Assembly: GCA_903893565.1 (NCBI GenBank)
Contig: CAITMU010000025.1
Span: 642-64,641, forward strand
From: an uncultured beta proteobacterium
GTDB taxonomy: Bacteria; Pseudomonadota; Gammaproteobacteria; Burkholderiales; SG8-41
Length of the DNA stretch: 64,000 nucleotides
Direction of reading: 5' to 3'
Shown: positions 13,769 through 24,247 of the stretch, one piece after another
How positions within the stretch are numbered: position 1 is the first letter of the stretch
Layout of the letters: each line of letters begins with the position of its first letter
Program-made: the position numbers and the translations under genes
The notes under the pieces: generated by a model
Told to the model about the DNA's origin: nothing
Seen by the model: the letters and a program-made list of their open reading frames with translations, nothing else
Databases searched by the model: none

Positions 13769-13833
13769 GTGCACTGAGCTTGATGAACGATCCACTCGAT
13801 CTAAGCTAGACTGCGCTGACTGCACTTTTTTTT
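13769..13833 (+). terminator. long imperfect hairpin closed by GTGCA/TGCAC and followed by T8 (possible ligA terminator or small-RNA 3' end)
   Basis: GTGCA (13769-13773) pairs with TGCAC (13821-13825). There is partial pairing inside (AGCTT/AAGCT). T8 lies at 13826-13833. The interior is poorly paired, so this is not a canonical terminator. Confidence 0.35.
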
Positions 13834-13863
13834 CTAACTATCCTCACGATCCTAGATCCTACA

Positions 13864-14415
13864 ATGAGCCAACCGCAAAAAAAAGCCATCGATTATCTGC
13901 AGGCTTCAGAAGTTATATTTGATAATGATGAAATTAACGCTAGCGTGAAGCGCTTAGCGGCTGAAATTTCTGCGGACATGTCAGAAGACTTTCCCTTATG
14001 TATCACCTTATTGCGTGGCGCCCTTATTTTCGCCGGTCAATTGCTTCCTCATTTACATTTTCCGCTAACGCTCGATACGATGGATGTGGGGCGTTATGGT
14101 GACCATACCTATGGCAGTAAAGTCACCATTCGTAGCCCTCCTATAACCGCGGTGAATGGACGGCATATTCTTCTGATCGATGATATTTTAGATGTAGGGA
14201 TCACCCTGGAGGCCGTCAGGGAGTGGTTTTTAGCCCAAGGGGCCTTATCGGTCAAAATCGTGGTGTTGACAGATAAAGACAATGGTCTGAGTAAACCGCT
14301 GCGAGCCGATTTCGTAGGGCTCATCGTTCCCAATCGTTTCGTATTTGGTTATGGCATGGATATTCAGGGTTATTGGCGTAATTTGCCGGCCATTTATGCC
14401 TTAAAAGGGGATTAA
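13864..14415 (+). CDS. hpt: hypoxanthine-guanine phosphoribosyltransferase
   Basis: 183 aa with a PRPP-binding loop (ILLIDDILDVGITL). Confidence 0.88.
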   Translation: MSQPQKKAIDYLQASEVIFDNDEINASVKRLAAEISADMSEDFPLCITLLRGALIFAGQLLPHLHFPLTLDTMDVGRYGDHTYGSKVTIRSPPITAVNGRHILLIDDILDVGITLEAVREWFLAQGALSVKIVVLTDKDNGLSKPLRADFVGLIVPNRFVFGYGMDIQGYWRNLPAIYALKGD

Positions 14416-14417
14416 GT

Positions 14418-15173
14418 ATGATCGGGCTCATCGGTGGCAGTGCACTCACCGAATTAAGTGGGTTCGAGGATTTTGTTTTTCAGGAAAAGAAAAATTTTCA
14501 TACGCCTTATGGCGCTTCGTCTGCTCCCATTGTGTTGGGCCGTATAAAGAATCAATCGGTGGCTTTTTTACCTCGACACGGTGAGAGCCATCAGTGGCCT
14601 CCTCATCGGATTAATTATCGGGCTAATTTGTGGTCGCTACGGGAGGCGGGGGTTAAAAACGTTTTGGCCTTGGCCACTGTTGGTGGTATTAGTCCGGCTT
14701 TTGAAACCGGTGTCATGGCGCTTCCCGATCAGTTGGTGGATTATACTTGGGGGCGTGAATTTACACTCTACGACGATGAGCAAGTCAATGGCGTCACTCA
14801 TATTGATTTTACCCAGCCTTATTGCCAAGTGTTTCGTGAACGCATTCTACAGTCGGCTCAACATTGTGGCTTAAACGTGTTGGATCATGGCACCTATGCG
14901 GTGACCCAAGGTCCGCGATTAGAAACGGCTGCAGAGATTAGACGTTTGGCCCATGATGGTGCTGATATGGTCGGAATGACGGGGATGCCGGAGACTTCAC
15001 TGGCTCGAGAACTCGGGTTAAACTACGCCACACTGGCTCTGGTGGTCAACGCAGCTGCGGGTCAGGGAGTGAGTGGAAAAAAAATAGATTTGCAAGCCGC
15101 AGCGCAAGTCTCTCGTAGCCTAGTGGGTGCGGCTTTAAAACTTTTTATAAAGATGTGTTCCGATGGCCATTAA
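14418..15173 (+). CDS. S-methyl-5'-thioinosine / methylthioadenosine phosphorylase (PNP/MTAP family)
   Basis: 251 aa. Conserved stretches include [24 protein letters not shown] and [28 protein letters not shown]. These closely resemble what I remember of the Pseudomonas MTI phosphorylase type. Confidence 0.85.
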   Translation: MIGLIGGSALTELSGFEDFVFQEKKNFHTPYGASSAPIVLGRIKNQSVAFLPRHGESHQWPPHRINYRANLWSLREAGVKNVLALATVGGISPAFETGVMALPDQLVDYTWGREFTLYDDEQVNGVTHIDFTQPYCQVFRERILQSAQHCGLNVLDHGTYAVTQGPRLETAAEIRRLAHDGADMVGMTGMPETSLARELGLNYATLALVVNAAAGQGVSGKKIDLQAAAQVSRSLVGAALKLFIKMCSDGH

Positions 15174-15696
15174 GCCTGTTTTAAGATATGGCGACCCAAA
15201 ATTGCTTAAGAAATCTCGACCGATTAAGCAATTTGACACGCCTGAATTACATAGTCTGATTCAAGACATGAAAGATACCATGCACTCACTGAATGGGGCA
15301 GGGCTAGCTGCACCACAGATTGGGGTTAATCTGCAGTTGGTTATTTTTGGTAGCCAGGACAACCCGCGATATCCGGATGCTGACGCCGTGCCCTTCACGA
15401 TATTGATTAACCCCAAGCTCACTTTTGTGAATGACACGCAAGAAGAGGGTTGGGAGGGCTGTCTGTCAGTACCAGGTATGAGAGGGTTAGTGCCACGTTA
15501 CGTGCAATTGAAATACCAAGGGTGGGATCCTTTTGGTAAACGTATCAGCCGGGTCGCTGAAGGATTTCATGCCCGAGTGGTTCAGCACGAATGCGATCAT
15601 TTGCAAGGCATACTGTATCCGATGCGAATCCCAGATCTGAGTTATTTTGGATTTAACGATGCGTTATTTCCAGGGCAAATCTTGGAAGAGGATTAG
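15163..15696 (+). CDS. def: peptide deformylase
   Basis: All three motifs are intact: [18 protein letters not shown] and QHECDHLQG. There is an 11-nt overlap with the upstream gene and a 4-nt convergent overlap with glnD. Confidence 0.95.
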   Translation: MAIKPVLRYGDPKLLKKSRPIKQFDTPELHSLIQDMKDTMHSLNGAGLAAPQIGVNLQLVIFGSQDNPRYPDADAVPFTILINPKLTFVNDTQEEGWEGCLSVPGMRGLVPRYVQLKYQGWDPFGKRISRVAEGFHARVVQHECDHLQGILYPMRIPDLSYFGFNDALFPGQILEED

Positions 15697-18293
15697 ATTT
15701 TTAGGGTTTCGATTAAATCGTTTTCCATTTGCATTAATTTCTTCGAGTCAGCTAAGCACTCTCCGGTGATGAGAAAGGTGTCCTCTGCACGCTCACCCAT
15801 GGTGTTTATTTTTGCATTATGAAGTCGAATCTTATATTGTAAAAATATGCGCGCTATGCGAGACAAAAGTCCTGGGCGATCCCCAGCGATGATGGATAAA
15901 ATTTGATAAATGCCTCGTTCATCATTTTGCAACTGCACCTCAGGGGAGATCGGGAAGTGACGCATTTGTCGTCCGAGACGCGTTTGACCGATATGAGGGG
16001 GTAACGCTTTGGAGGTGAGTAGTTGGGTCAGTTCGTGTTCTACAAAAGCGGTTAAGTCTCTGTAGTTAGTCTTGGGCTTGTCAGGGTCTTGAACTTCGAA
16101 GGTATCCAAAGCATAGCCAAACGAGGAGGTATACACGCTCGCGTCTTGTATGTTGTAGTGGATGGACTCAAAAAAAGCGCAAATACAAGCAAATAACTCT
16201 TCCTGATCTGGCCCGTAGACCATTACCTGCAAGCCTTCGCCCGCTTGCGAGGGTCGGGCGCGTATGACCAATTGCGTGGGGTCTTGGCGGTAACACAGTA
16301 GGCGGGTGTGCCAAGCAATTTCCTTAGCCTCATGTTTTATAAAATAAGCGGTATCCAATTTCCCCCAAAATTGGTTGATGACGTTATCATCAATGCCATA
16401 AAGATGCAAAATGCCTCGCGCTTCTTCTTGGCGGGTGCGTTGGCTGTGTTCCTCATTGCCTGCCTGCCCACTAAAAAGTCTTTGCGTCATCAAAAATAAG
16501 TCCTCCAGCAACTTGCCTTTCCAAGCATTCCACACTTTGGGGCTGGTACCTCTGATATCGGCTACGGTGAGTAAGTAGAGCGCGGATAAGCGTCTTGTAT
16601 TGCCCACTTTGGAGGCAAATTGTTGTATGACCAGGGGGTCGGATAAGTCTTGTTTTTGTGCTGTCGCCGACATCATCAAATGCTGTCCCACGAGCCACTC
16701 GACGAGCTGGCTATCTTCTGGTGCTAAGTGGTGGCTTTGGCAAAATCGGCGAGCATCTACTGTGCCGAGCGTGGAATGGTCTCCGCCCCGACCTTTTGCG
16801 ATGTCGTGGAATAAACCGGCCAGATACAGTACTTCAGGATTTTCAAATTCGGAAATCAAGCGACTACAAAGCGGAAATTCATGCGCTAAGTTCGGAACGG
16901 CGAATCGTCTAAGATTTCTGACGACTCGCAATATGTGCTCGTCGACCGTGTAGACATGATAAAGATCGTGTTGCATTTGCCCAACAATTTTGCCAAACGC
17001 CGGAATATAGCGACTCAGTATGCCCAAACGATGCATGCGACGAAGCTCCCGTACTACGCGATCTGGGCTTTTGAGGATCGATAAGAATTGTTGCTGATGG
17101 ATAGGGTTTTTACGATAGGATAAATCCATCCATTTGCGAGCCCGCCAAAGCGCTCTTTGCGTGGAGGCCCCAATGTCTTTGATTTCAGGATGTTGTTGTA
17201 GAGTTAAAAAGGTGTCTAGAATCGTTTCGGGGTGTGTTTGGTATAAGTTTTCATCTCGAATAGCGAGCAATTCATTTCTAACACCAAAAAATTCATTTAA
17301 GGGCAGCAGGGGCTTGTCTTTTGAATTGGTTAACAAAGAACGAAGGCTTTGTTGCACGACCAATTCAAGTTGCGAGACCGTTTTAGCGCAACGGTAGTAG
17401 CGTTGCATTAATTGCTCGCTGGCGCGACGGTTAGGCCGATTTTCGATGCCATAGGCTTGGGCCAGTGGTGATTGCAGATCAAAAATTAACCGATCTTCAC
17501 GTCGACTGGCCAGAAAATGCAATCGAATTCTCAGAATTTGTAAAAATCTTTCGGTCTTGGTGAGGTGTCGTGCTTCTTCTTTTGAAATAACGCCACCCAT
17601 CAACAATTCTTGCCAACTTTTGCCTAGCCCACTGGCTTGTGCAATCCACAAAATATGTTGTAAGTCTCTGAGGCCACCGGCCGTCTCCTTCACGTTCGGT
17701 TCCAAGTTGGTCGAGGCATAACGTTCATGGCGTTGGCGCTGTTCAACGCGCTTGGCTTGGAAGAATGCCAATGCATCCATTGCTTGACGGGTGGCGCTCA
17801 GAAATTTTTGGTATAGGGTTAGATCACCACACAAAACCCTATTTTCTAGCATGTTTGTTTTAGCGGTAATGTCTTGTAGGCCCATCGAGACGCATTCGTC
17901 TATCGTTCTAACGCTATGCCCCGTTTCAAGCCCAATATCCCACCATGCGCCGACTAATTGTTGTAACTTTTTTTCTATCGACTCATCGGCCGGTTGATTA
18001 AGTAAAATGAGTAGATCAATGTCTGAGTAAGGATACAGTTCTCCACGACCATAACCGCCAACGGCGACCAAGCTGATAAAGCCAGGCATTTGAAAAAAAG
18101 TCCAAATCTCTCTTAGCAAGTGATCGATGAGTGCGCAGTGACCTTTGAGCAATCGGTGCGGAGAGGCGGATTGCTCAAATTCTTTTTTTAAACGATCTCG
18201 CCCGAGCTGTAAGTCGGTTTTCCATAACTCCATTTTTTGGGTTAGGGTATCGATTGCTGGAGTGTCCTGTGAGGTGCTGAGCGTTGAGTTCAT
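15693..18293 (-). CDS. glnD: [protein-PII] uridylyltransferase / uridylyl-removing enzyme
   Basis: 866 aa. It has a nucleotidyltransferase motif ([19 protein letters not shown]), an HD domain (LFHDIAKG) and two C-terminal ACT-like domains. The glnD-map-rpsB order matches enterics. Confidence 0.96.
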   Translation of the reverse strand: MNSTLSTSQDTPAIDTLTQKMELWKTDLQLGRDRLKKEFEQSASPHRLLKGHCALIDHLLREIWTFFQMPGFISLVAVGGYGRGELYPYSDIDLLILLNQPADESIEKKLQQLVGAWWDIGLETGHSVRTIDECVSMGLQDITAKTNMLENRVLCGDLTLYQKFLSATRQAMDALAFFQAKRVEQRQRHERYASTNLEPNVKETAGGLRDLQHILWIAQASGLGKSWQELLMGGVISKEEARHLTKTERFLQILRIRLHFLASRREDRLIFDLQSPLAQAYGIENRPNRRASEQLMQRYYRCAKTVSQLELVVQQSLRSLLTNSKDKPLLPLNEFFGVRNELLAIRDENLYQTHPETILDTFLTLQQHPEIKDIGASTQRALWRARKWMDLSYRKNPIHQQQFLSILKSPDRVVRELRRMHRLGILSRYIPAFGKIVGQMQHDLYHVYTVDEHILRVVRNLRRFAVPNLAHEFPLCSRLISEFENPEVLYLAGLFHDIAKGRGGDHSTLGTVDARRFCQSHHLAPEDSQLVEWLVGQHLMMSATAQKQDLSDPLVIQQFASKVGNTRRLSALYLLTVADIRGTSPKVWNAWKGKLLEDLFLMTQRLFSGQAGNEEHSQRTRQEEARGILHLYGIDDNVINQFWGKLDTAYFIKHEAKEIAWHTRLLCYRQDPTQLVIRARPSQAGEGLQVMVYGPDQEELFACICAFFESIHYNIQDASVYTSSFGYALDTFEVQDPDKPKTNYRDLTAFVEHELTQLLTSKALPPHIGQTRLGRQMRHFPISPEVQLQNDERGIYQILSIIAGDRPGLLSRIARIFLQYKIRLHNAKINTMGERAEDTFLITGECLADSKKLMQMENDLIETLKI

Positions 18294-18311
18294 TGCGATA
18301 AAACGCAGCGT

Positions 18312-19127
18312 TTAGTGTTGTGCGATGACTGACTGCATTAAAGGATCAGGCGGCATTAACTTAGACACGGTGAGCACTTCAAAGCCCGTATCCGTCACTA
18401 GTACCGTATGCTCCCACTGAGCCGACAAGCTGTGATCTTTAGTGACAATGGTCCATCCATCGGCCAGACCCCGTATTTCCGCTCGACCGGCATTAATCAT
18501 CGGCTCAATAGTGAAAATCATGCCTGACTTTAATTCGACACCGGTGCCCGGTTTGCCGTAATGCACCACCTGAGGTTCGCAGTGAAATTTTCGCCCAATA
18601 CCGTGCCCACAAAACTCTCGGACGACACTAAAACCATTTTTTTCAGCGTAACTTTGGATAGCGTGACCAATATCACCTAAGCGTGCACCCGGGGCCACGG
18701 CATGGATGCCGCGCCACATACACTCATGGGTGATATCACTTAAGCGTCGGGCTTGGATGGAGGGGGCGCCCACATAAAACATTCGACTGGTGTCCCCATG
18801 CCAGCCGTCTTTAATCACGGTGATATCTAAGTTAACGATATCGCCTTGCTTGAGTTTCTTTTCTCCGGGAACGCCATGGCACACCACATGGTTTAAAGAG
18901 GTGCAAATCGATTTGGGGTATGGCGTGTAGCCGGGGGGGCAGTAATTCAGAGGCGCAGGGATGACTTTTTGGATGTTAACCATGTAGTCATGGCATATTT
19001 GATCTAGTTCCCCCGTAGTACGTCCCGCTGTGACAAAGGGGGTAATATAATCGAGCACTTCGGCCGCTAATTTGCCGGCTTCACGCATTTTTTCTATTTC
19101 AACGCTATTTTTGATCTCTATGGCCAT
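18312..19127 (-). CDS. map: type I methionine aminopeptidase
   Basis: 271 aa. The metal-ligand context is conserved (DIVNLDITVIKDGWHGDTS, GHGIG, FTIEPM, AQWEHTVLVT). Confidence 0.96.
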   Translation of the reverse strand: MAIEIKNSVEIEKMREAGKLAAEVLDYITPFVTAGRTTGELDQICHDYMVNIQKVIPAPLNYCPPGYTPYPKSICTSLNHVVCHGVPGEKKLKQGDIVNLDITVIKDGWHGDTSRMFYVGAPSIQARRLSDITHECMWRGIHAVAPGARLGDIGHAIQSYAEKNGFSVVREFCGHGIGRKFHCEPQVVHYGKPGTGVELKSGMIFTIEPMINAGRAEIRGLADGWTIVTKDHSLSAQWEHTVLVTDTGFEVLTVSKLMPPDPLMQSVIAQH

Positions 19128-19310
19128 GTGCAGGGAACGTCGTTTATAGACGCTAAGTCCTTGTTTTAATGAATGCTGTTATTGTATTCAGTTTTTCGTC
19201 TAACTCACAGCTTTTTCATTCAGATCGTTTGTAGGCGGGCCTCTGAAGGGCACGCCATGGCGCACCCTCTTGGTGAGCTCAGGGTGATGGGGAAGTGGAC
19301 AACGATTGCG

Positions 19311-19350
19311 ATGAGGGGTAGTGAGGGATAGTGAGGGATAGTGAGGAATA
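19311..19350. repeat. tandem 10-bp repeat, 4 copies (ATGAGGGGTA GTGAGGGATA GTGAGGGATA GTGAGGAATA)
   Basis: Read directly from the sequence. It lies in the 466-bp map/rpsB divergent intergenic region. Confidence 0.95.
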
Positions 19351-19449
19351 GGAAGAACTTGAATGGAATAAAAAAATTATGTTAAAATAAGAAGTTAACT
19401 TAGTAAAAGTATGAATTAGGTTAATTTTTTGATTTTATTCGTTTTTTTT

Positions 19450-19469
19450 GATTGGGTTTGATTGGGTTT
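19450..19469. repeat. tandem 10-bp repeat, 2 copies (GATTGGGTTT x2), preceded by T8
   Basis: Read directly from the sequence, in the same intergenic region. Confidence 0.9.
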
Positions 19470-19593
19470 AATCGGCCCATCTGTTTTTTTATAATGTTTT
19501 AGTCAAATACTCACATTCGCACAGCGTTACGGGTGTTTTGCCGAAATCGGCAGAATATTGGCGAATGGCGGTTTAACCCTAACAGGAGATGAT

Positions 19594-20334
19594 ATGTCAG
19601 TTACGATGCGTGAAATGTTGGAAGCCGGTGTGCATTTTGGACACCAAACTCGTTTTTGGAATCCCCGTATGGCCCCTTATATTTTCGGCCATCGCAACCG
19701 GATCCATATCGTCAATCTTGAGCAAACCCTGTTCATGTATCAGGCGGCCATCAAGTTTGTGCGTCAACTCACGGCCAACCGTGGCTCAGTGCTTTTTGTG
19801 GCCACTAAGCGTCAAGCGCGTGAAATCATTCGTGAAGAAGCACTGCGTTGCTCGACTCCCTACGTGGATGATCGTTGGCTCGGCGGCATGCTCACAAATT
19901 ACAAAACGGTTAAACAATCAATCAAGCGCCTAAAAGACATGCAGGCGATGGTTGCCGATGGGTCGGTTGAAAAGCTCATCAAAAAAGAAGCGCTCTTATT
20001 TCAACGTGAATTAGCTAAGCTCGAGCGTAGCTTGGGTGGAATTAAAGACATGGACGGATTGCCTGATGCCATGTTCGTTATTGATGTGGGTTATCAAAAA
20101 AATGCCATTGCAGAGGCCAACAAATTAGGGGTTCCGGTCATCGGAGTGGTGGATACGAACCACACGCCTGAAGGCATTGATTACATTATCCCGGGCAATG
20201 ATGACTCCAGTCGTGCGATTCGCTTGTATGCACGTGGAATGGCAGATGCCATCCTTGAAGGTCGAAATGATAGCTTAAATGCCATTATCGCCCCAGGTGG
20301 TGATGAGTTTGTAGAAGTGGAAGAAACGCAATAA
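19594..20334 (+). CDS. rpsB: 30S ribosomal protein S2
   Basis: [24 protein letters not shown]... aligns with the E. coli S2 N-terminus. An AGGAG SD lies at 19584-19588. The track ORF starting at 19558 is an upstream extension. Confidence 0.96.
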   Translation: MSVTMREMLEAGVHFGHQTRFWNPRMAPYIFGHRNRIHIVNLEQTLFMYQAAIKFVRQLTANRGSVLFVATKRQAREIIREEALRCSTPYVDDRWLGGMLTNYKTVKQSIKRLKDMQAMVADGSVEKLIKKEALLFQRELAKLERSLGGIKDMDGLPDAMFVIDVGYQKNAIAEANKLGVPVIGVVDTNHTPEGIDYIIPGNDDSSRAIRLYARGMADAILEGRNDSLNAIIAPGGDEFVEVEETQ

Positions 20335-20354
20335 TCGAAGTTTCGTTTTCATAA

Positions 20355-20379
20355 GGGGCGAAAACCGCCCCTTTTTTTT
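20355..20379 (+). terminator. intrinsic terminator / attenuator between rpsB and tsf
   Basis: GGGGCG-aaaac-CGCCCC hairpin followed directly by T8. It lies 20 nt after the rpsB stop and 18 nt before the tsf ATG. Confidence 0.8.
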
Positions 20380-20396
20380 AATAGATGGAGTCTGCA

Positions 20397-21284
20397 ATGG
20401 CGGAAATTACCGCATCAATGGTCAAACAACTGCGCGAAAAGACCGACGCGCCGATGATGGAATGTAAAAAAGCGCTGACTGAGGCCGATGGTCAGATGGA
20501 AAAGGCTGAAGAGATTTTAAGGGTCAAGCTAGGTAATAAAGCGACCAAGGCGGCCTCTCGTGTGGCAGCCGAAGGTGTGGTGGCGACCTACATTCGTGAA
20601 GACCGTAAACTGGGCGTTATCCTTGAGCTTAATTGCGAAACGGATTTTGTGGCCAAGAGTGAAGATTTTCTACACTTTTCCCATGCCTTGTGTCGCTTGG
20701 TGGGTGAGCAAAAACCCGCTGATGTTCAAGCGCTATCTGCATTGAGTATTAATGGCGTTAGTGTGGAAGAAACCCGTAAGGCCTTGGTTGGTAAAATCGG
20801 CGAAAATGTGAGCCTTAGACGTTTTGTGCGTTTTGAGGCTGAAGGTCACTTGTCCCATTACATTCACGGTGGCGCCAAAATTGGCGTGATGGTGGATTTG
20901 GTCGGTGCTGATGAAGCTTTGGGTAAGGATTTGGCCATGCATATTGCAGCCAGTAAGCCCGTGTCTTTATCAAAAGACCAAGTGCCGGCCGCTTTAATCC
21001 AAAAGGAAAGAGACATTGCGACGGCCAAAGCGGCTGAGTCTGGAAAGCCTGCCGATATTGTTGCCAAAATGGTTGAAGGCACAGTACAAAAATACTTGAA
21101 AGAAGTAACCCTATTAGGGCAACCTTTCGTTAAAAATGACAAACTAACGATTGAGCAACTGTTACAGCAAAACAAGGCCCGTGTCAGTGCCTTTACTCTT
21201 TATATCGTGGGTGAAGGTATGGATAAGAAAAAGGACGACTTTGCCGCCGAGGTGATGGCTGCTGTGAGTGCCGCCAACAAATAA
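20397..21284 (+). CDS. tsf: translation elongation factor Ts
   Basis: [27 protein letters not shown] matches the EF-Ts N-terminus. A GGAG SD lies 6 nt upstream. Confidence 0.96.
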   Translation: MAEITASMVKQLREKTDAPMMECKKALTEADGQMEKAEEILRVKLGNKATKAASRVAAEGVVATYIREDRKLGVILELNCETDFVAKSEDFLHFSHALCRLVGEQKPADVQALSALSINGVSVEETRKALVGKIGENVSLRRFVRFEAEGHLSHYIHGGAKIGVMVDLVGADEALGKDLAMHIAASKPVSLSKDQVPAALIQKERDIATAKAAESGKPADIVAKMVEGTVQKYLKEVTLLGQPFVKNDKLTIEQLLQQNKARVSAFTLYIVGEGMDKKKDDFAAEVMAAVSAANK

Positions 21285-21320
21285 ACCGACTGATTCCCCA
21301 TTGCCCAGAGGCCTTAGCAC

Positions 21321-22040
21321 ATGCAAAACAAGCCAATCTACAAGCGTATTTTAGTAAAACTGAGTGGTGAAGCTTTAATGGGTGATGATAGTTTTGGCAT
21401 CAATCAAGCAGTGATCGGTAGAATTGTGGGTGAGATTGCTGAGGTCGCCAAATTAAATGTTGAGATGGCTGTCGTTATAGGTGGAGGCAATATCTTTCGT
21501 GGTGTGGCCCCAGCCGCTGCCCTCATGGACCGAGCCACTGCCGACTATATGGGAATGTTGGCAACCATTATGAATGCCTTGGCCTTGCAGGATGCCATGC
21601 GGCGGGTCAATCTCATTAGTCGCGTTCAATCGGCACTCAATGTGGAACAGGTTGTCGAGCCCTATATTCGTGGTAAGGCGATGCGTTATCTGGAAGAAGG
21701 GCGCATTGTGATTTTTGCGGCCGGTACCGGGAATCCCTTTTTTACGACCGATACAGCCGCCGCATTGCGGGGCATGGAAATGAATGCTGAATTAGTACTC
21801 AAGGCCACCAAAGTCGATGGTATTTACACGGCGGATCCTAAGCTCGATCCGAAGGCAACCCGGTATAAATCGATTACCTTTGATGAGGCGATTATTAAAA
21901 ACCTTAAGGTAATGGATGCGACGGCTTTGACCCTGTGTCGCGATCAAAAATTGCCTATTAATGTTTTTAGTATTTTTCAACCTGGCGCCCTAAAAAGAAT
22001 CGTGATGGGTGCAGATGAAGGTACTATGGTGCATGCGTAG
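21321..22040 (+). CDS. pyrH: UMP kinase
   Basis: 239 aa with KLSGEALMG and GGGNIFRG motifs. Confidence 0.96.
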   Translation: MQNKPIYKRILVKLSGEALMGDDSFGINQAVIGRIVGEIAEVAKLNVEMAVVIGGGNIFRGVAPAAALMDRATADYMGMLATIMNALALQDAMRRVNLISRVQSALNVEQVVEPYIRGKAMRYLEEGRIVIFAAGTGNPFFTTDTAAALRGMEMNAELVLKATKVDGIYTADPKLDPKATRYKSITFDEAIIKNLKVMDATALTLCRDQKLPINVFSIFQPGALKRIVMGADEGTMVHA

Positions 22041-22061
22041 TCAAAGCCCTAGGAGAGTCAA

Positions 22062-22619
22062 ATGATGGATGAAATCAAGCAAAGCAGTGAAGCGAAGATG
22101 AAAAAATCGCTTGAGTCGCTCAAAACCGATTTGGCTAAAATCCGAACCGGTAGGGCGCATGTGGGCATTCTCGATCATGTGATGGTTGATTACTACGGAA
22201 CTCCCACCGCCATAGCGCAAGTGGCCAATGTGACCTTGATCGATGCGAGGACTATTGCTGTGTCGCCTTGGGAGAAAAAAATGGGACATGCGATTGAAAA
22301 AGCCATTCGAGATTCCGATCTGGGATTAAATCCCAGCAGTCAAGGCGATGTGGTCAGAGTGCCGATGCCGGCGCTGACGGAACAAAGACGCAAGGATCTT
22401 AATAAAATTGTGAAAGGTGAGGGTGAAAACGCTAAAGTAGCCGTTCGCAATATCCGTCGCGATGCCAACTCTCAGTGTAAAGAGCTTTTGAAGAAAAAAT
22501 TAATTGCAGAGGATGAAGAACGGCGGTCTCAAGAGGAGATACAAAAACTCACCGACCGTTTTATTGCTGATATAGATAAAGCACTTGTGGCCAAAGAAGC
22601 CGAATTAATGGCTGTCTAG
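22062..22619 (+). CDS. frr: ribosome recycling factor
   Basis: 185 aa. It has [21 protein letters not shown] and RRDAN motifs. Confidence 0.96.
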   Translation: MMDEIKQSSEAKMKKSLESLKTDLAKIRTGRAHVGILDHVMVDYYGTPTAIAQVANVTLIDARTIAVSPWEKKMGHAIEKAIRDSDLGLNPSSQGDVVRVPMPALTEQRRKDLNKIVKGEGENAKVAVRNIRRDANSQCKELLKKKLIAEDEERRSQEEIQKLTDRFIADIDKALVAKEAELMAV

Positions 22620-22626
22620 GTTTTTA

Positions 22627-23409
22627 GTGAAACTTCCGCAAAGTTCGACCCAGCAGGTACCAGCGGTCTCGATTCTACCGAATCACATTGCCATCATCAT
22701 GGATGGTAATGGACGCTGGGCTAAGAAGCGTTTCTTACCCCGTGTGGCGGGCCACAAAAGGGGCTTGGATGCGATGAGAAGCATTGTTCGGGCTTGCGTT
22801 GAACGCAAGATCCAATACCTGACATTGTTTGCTTTTAGTAGTGAAAACTGGCGTCGCCCAGAAGAAGAAGTGACTTTTTTGATGCAATTGTTTGCTTATG
22901 CTCTGGAAAGTGAAGTCGCTAAATTACATGACAATAATATTCGCTTTCGGGTCATTGGCGAATTGTCTCGATTTGATGAAAAGATTGTGACTCTTGTTAA
23001 AAATGCCGAAAAAAAAACCCAACACAATTCTTCACTCAATTTAACTATTGCGGCCAATTATGGCGGACGTTGGGATATTCTACAGGCGCTTAATCGGCTG
23101 GTGAAAGAAAAACCCCATACCCTTCAAGGCTATACGGAACAAGATCTAGCCCCTTATCTGACGATGGGGTTGATTCCCGAGCCTGACTTGTTCATCCGCA
23201 CAGGCGGTGAGCAAAGAATCAGTAATTTTATGCTTTGGCAATTAGCCTATACGGAATTTTACTTCACCGACCTTTTGTGGCCTGATTTTAATGCTCAAGC
23301 TTTGGATGCTGCCATTTTGTCCTATCAGCAACGTGAACGTCGCTTCGGTCGCACCAGCGATCAATTGGTGAGTTCACCCGAGATACCGCCCCTTGCCCCC
23401 GATCGCTAA
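22627..23409 (+). CDS. uppS: di-trans,poly-cis-undecaprenyl-diphosphate synthase
   Basis: HIAIIMDGNGRWAKKR and FAFSSENWRRP motifs. The start is GTG. Confidence 0.95.
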   Translation: MKLPQSSTQQVPAVSILPNHIAIIMDGNGRWAKKRFLPRVAGHKRGLDAMRSIVRACVERKIQYLTLFAFSSENWRRPEEEVTFLMQLFAYALESEVAKLHDNNIRFRVIGELSRFDEKIVTLVKNAEKKTQHNSSLNLTIAANYGGRWDILQALNRLVKEKPHTLQGYTEQDLAPYLTMGLIPEPDLFIRTGGEQRISNFMLWQLAYTEFYFTDLLWPDFNAQALDAAILSYQQRERRFGRTSDQLVSSPEIPPLAPDR

Positions 23410-23436
23410 AGGGTGGGGTTTTCAGAGGGTTGAGAC

Positions 23437-24243
23437 ATGCTGATAAAGCGTGTGCTCAGTGCGTTGGTGATCCTGCCTTTATTTGTTGCAGCATTGCTGT
23501 TGTTGACTTCTGCCCATTGGTCCTTGTTTCTTTTATTGATTCTTTTGATGGGGGCTTGGGAATGGGCCACGTTAGCCCATTGGCCTCTTTGGGCAATCGT
23601 GCTCTACGTGTTGGGAACGGCCGCCTGTGGACTGTGGATTCAGTGGTTTAATGGGGCGAGTCCGTCTATCGATGTTTTTACCCCGACCTTGCTGGTCTCT
23701 TTATTTTTTTGGTTTGTGGTAGCCCCCCTTTGGTTAAAGAGGGGATGGACCCGGGTTCATCCCCTGTTATTGGCTTTGACCGGTTGGGTGGTTCTACTAC
23801 CTTTGTGGCTTAGCTTGGTCCGTTTGCAATCCCATCCTTTACTGTTGCTCGCCATTGCTGCGGTGATTTGGATTTCGGATACAGCCGCTTATGGGTGTGG
23901 AAAACGTTGGGGGAAAAGAAAACTGGCCGCACACATTAGTCCTGGAAAAACCTGGGAGGGATTTTTGGGGGCGATGGTAGCCATCAGCGTTTATTACGGG
24001 GTTTTGTATGTTGTGTATGCTAGCGTCTGGCCGCCCATGAGCTTTGGGATGGGTTTAGGGGTAGTGGTATTGATGGGCATTTTAGGGGTAGAAGGGGATT
24101 TATTCGAGTCTTGGATTAAGCGGGTGGCAGGGGTAAAAGATAGCGGCTTTATACTGCCCGGTCACGGAGGTCTTTTGGATCGTATTGATGCCCTTTGCCC
24201 TAGTATGCCCCTAGCCGCTCTCATTTTTTCAAGCTATTATTAA
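23437..24243 (+). CDS. cdsA: phosphatidate cytidylyltransferase
   Basis: 268 aa polytopic membrane protein. It carries the CDS signature (SPGKTWEGFLG...GDLFESWIKRVAGVKDSG..LPGHGGLLDRID). Confidence 0.94.
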   Translation: MLIKRVLSALVILPLFVAALLLLTSAHWSLFLLLILLMGAWEWATLAHWPLWAIVLYVLGTAACGLWIQWFNGASPSIDVFTPTLLVSLFFWFVVAPLWLKRGWTRVHPLLLALTGWVVLLPLWLSLVRLQSHPLLLLAIAAVIWISDTAAYGCGKRWGKRKLAAHISPGKTWEGFLGAMVAISVYYGVLYVVYASVWPPMSFGMGLGVVVLMGILGVEGDLFESWIKRVAGVKDSGFILPGHGGLLDRIDALCPSMPLAALIFSSYY

Positions 24244-24247
24244 CGCG

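Noticed and set aside
19288-19346. G-quadruplex potential of the GGGG/GGG runs in the 10-bp repeat array.
   Set aside because: Only three G3+ runs are separated by short loops. The fourth repeat has only GG, and the other GGGG is 23 nt away, so a canonical four-run G4 is not supported.
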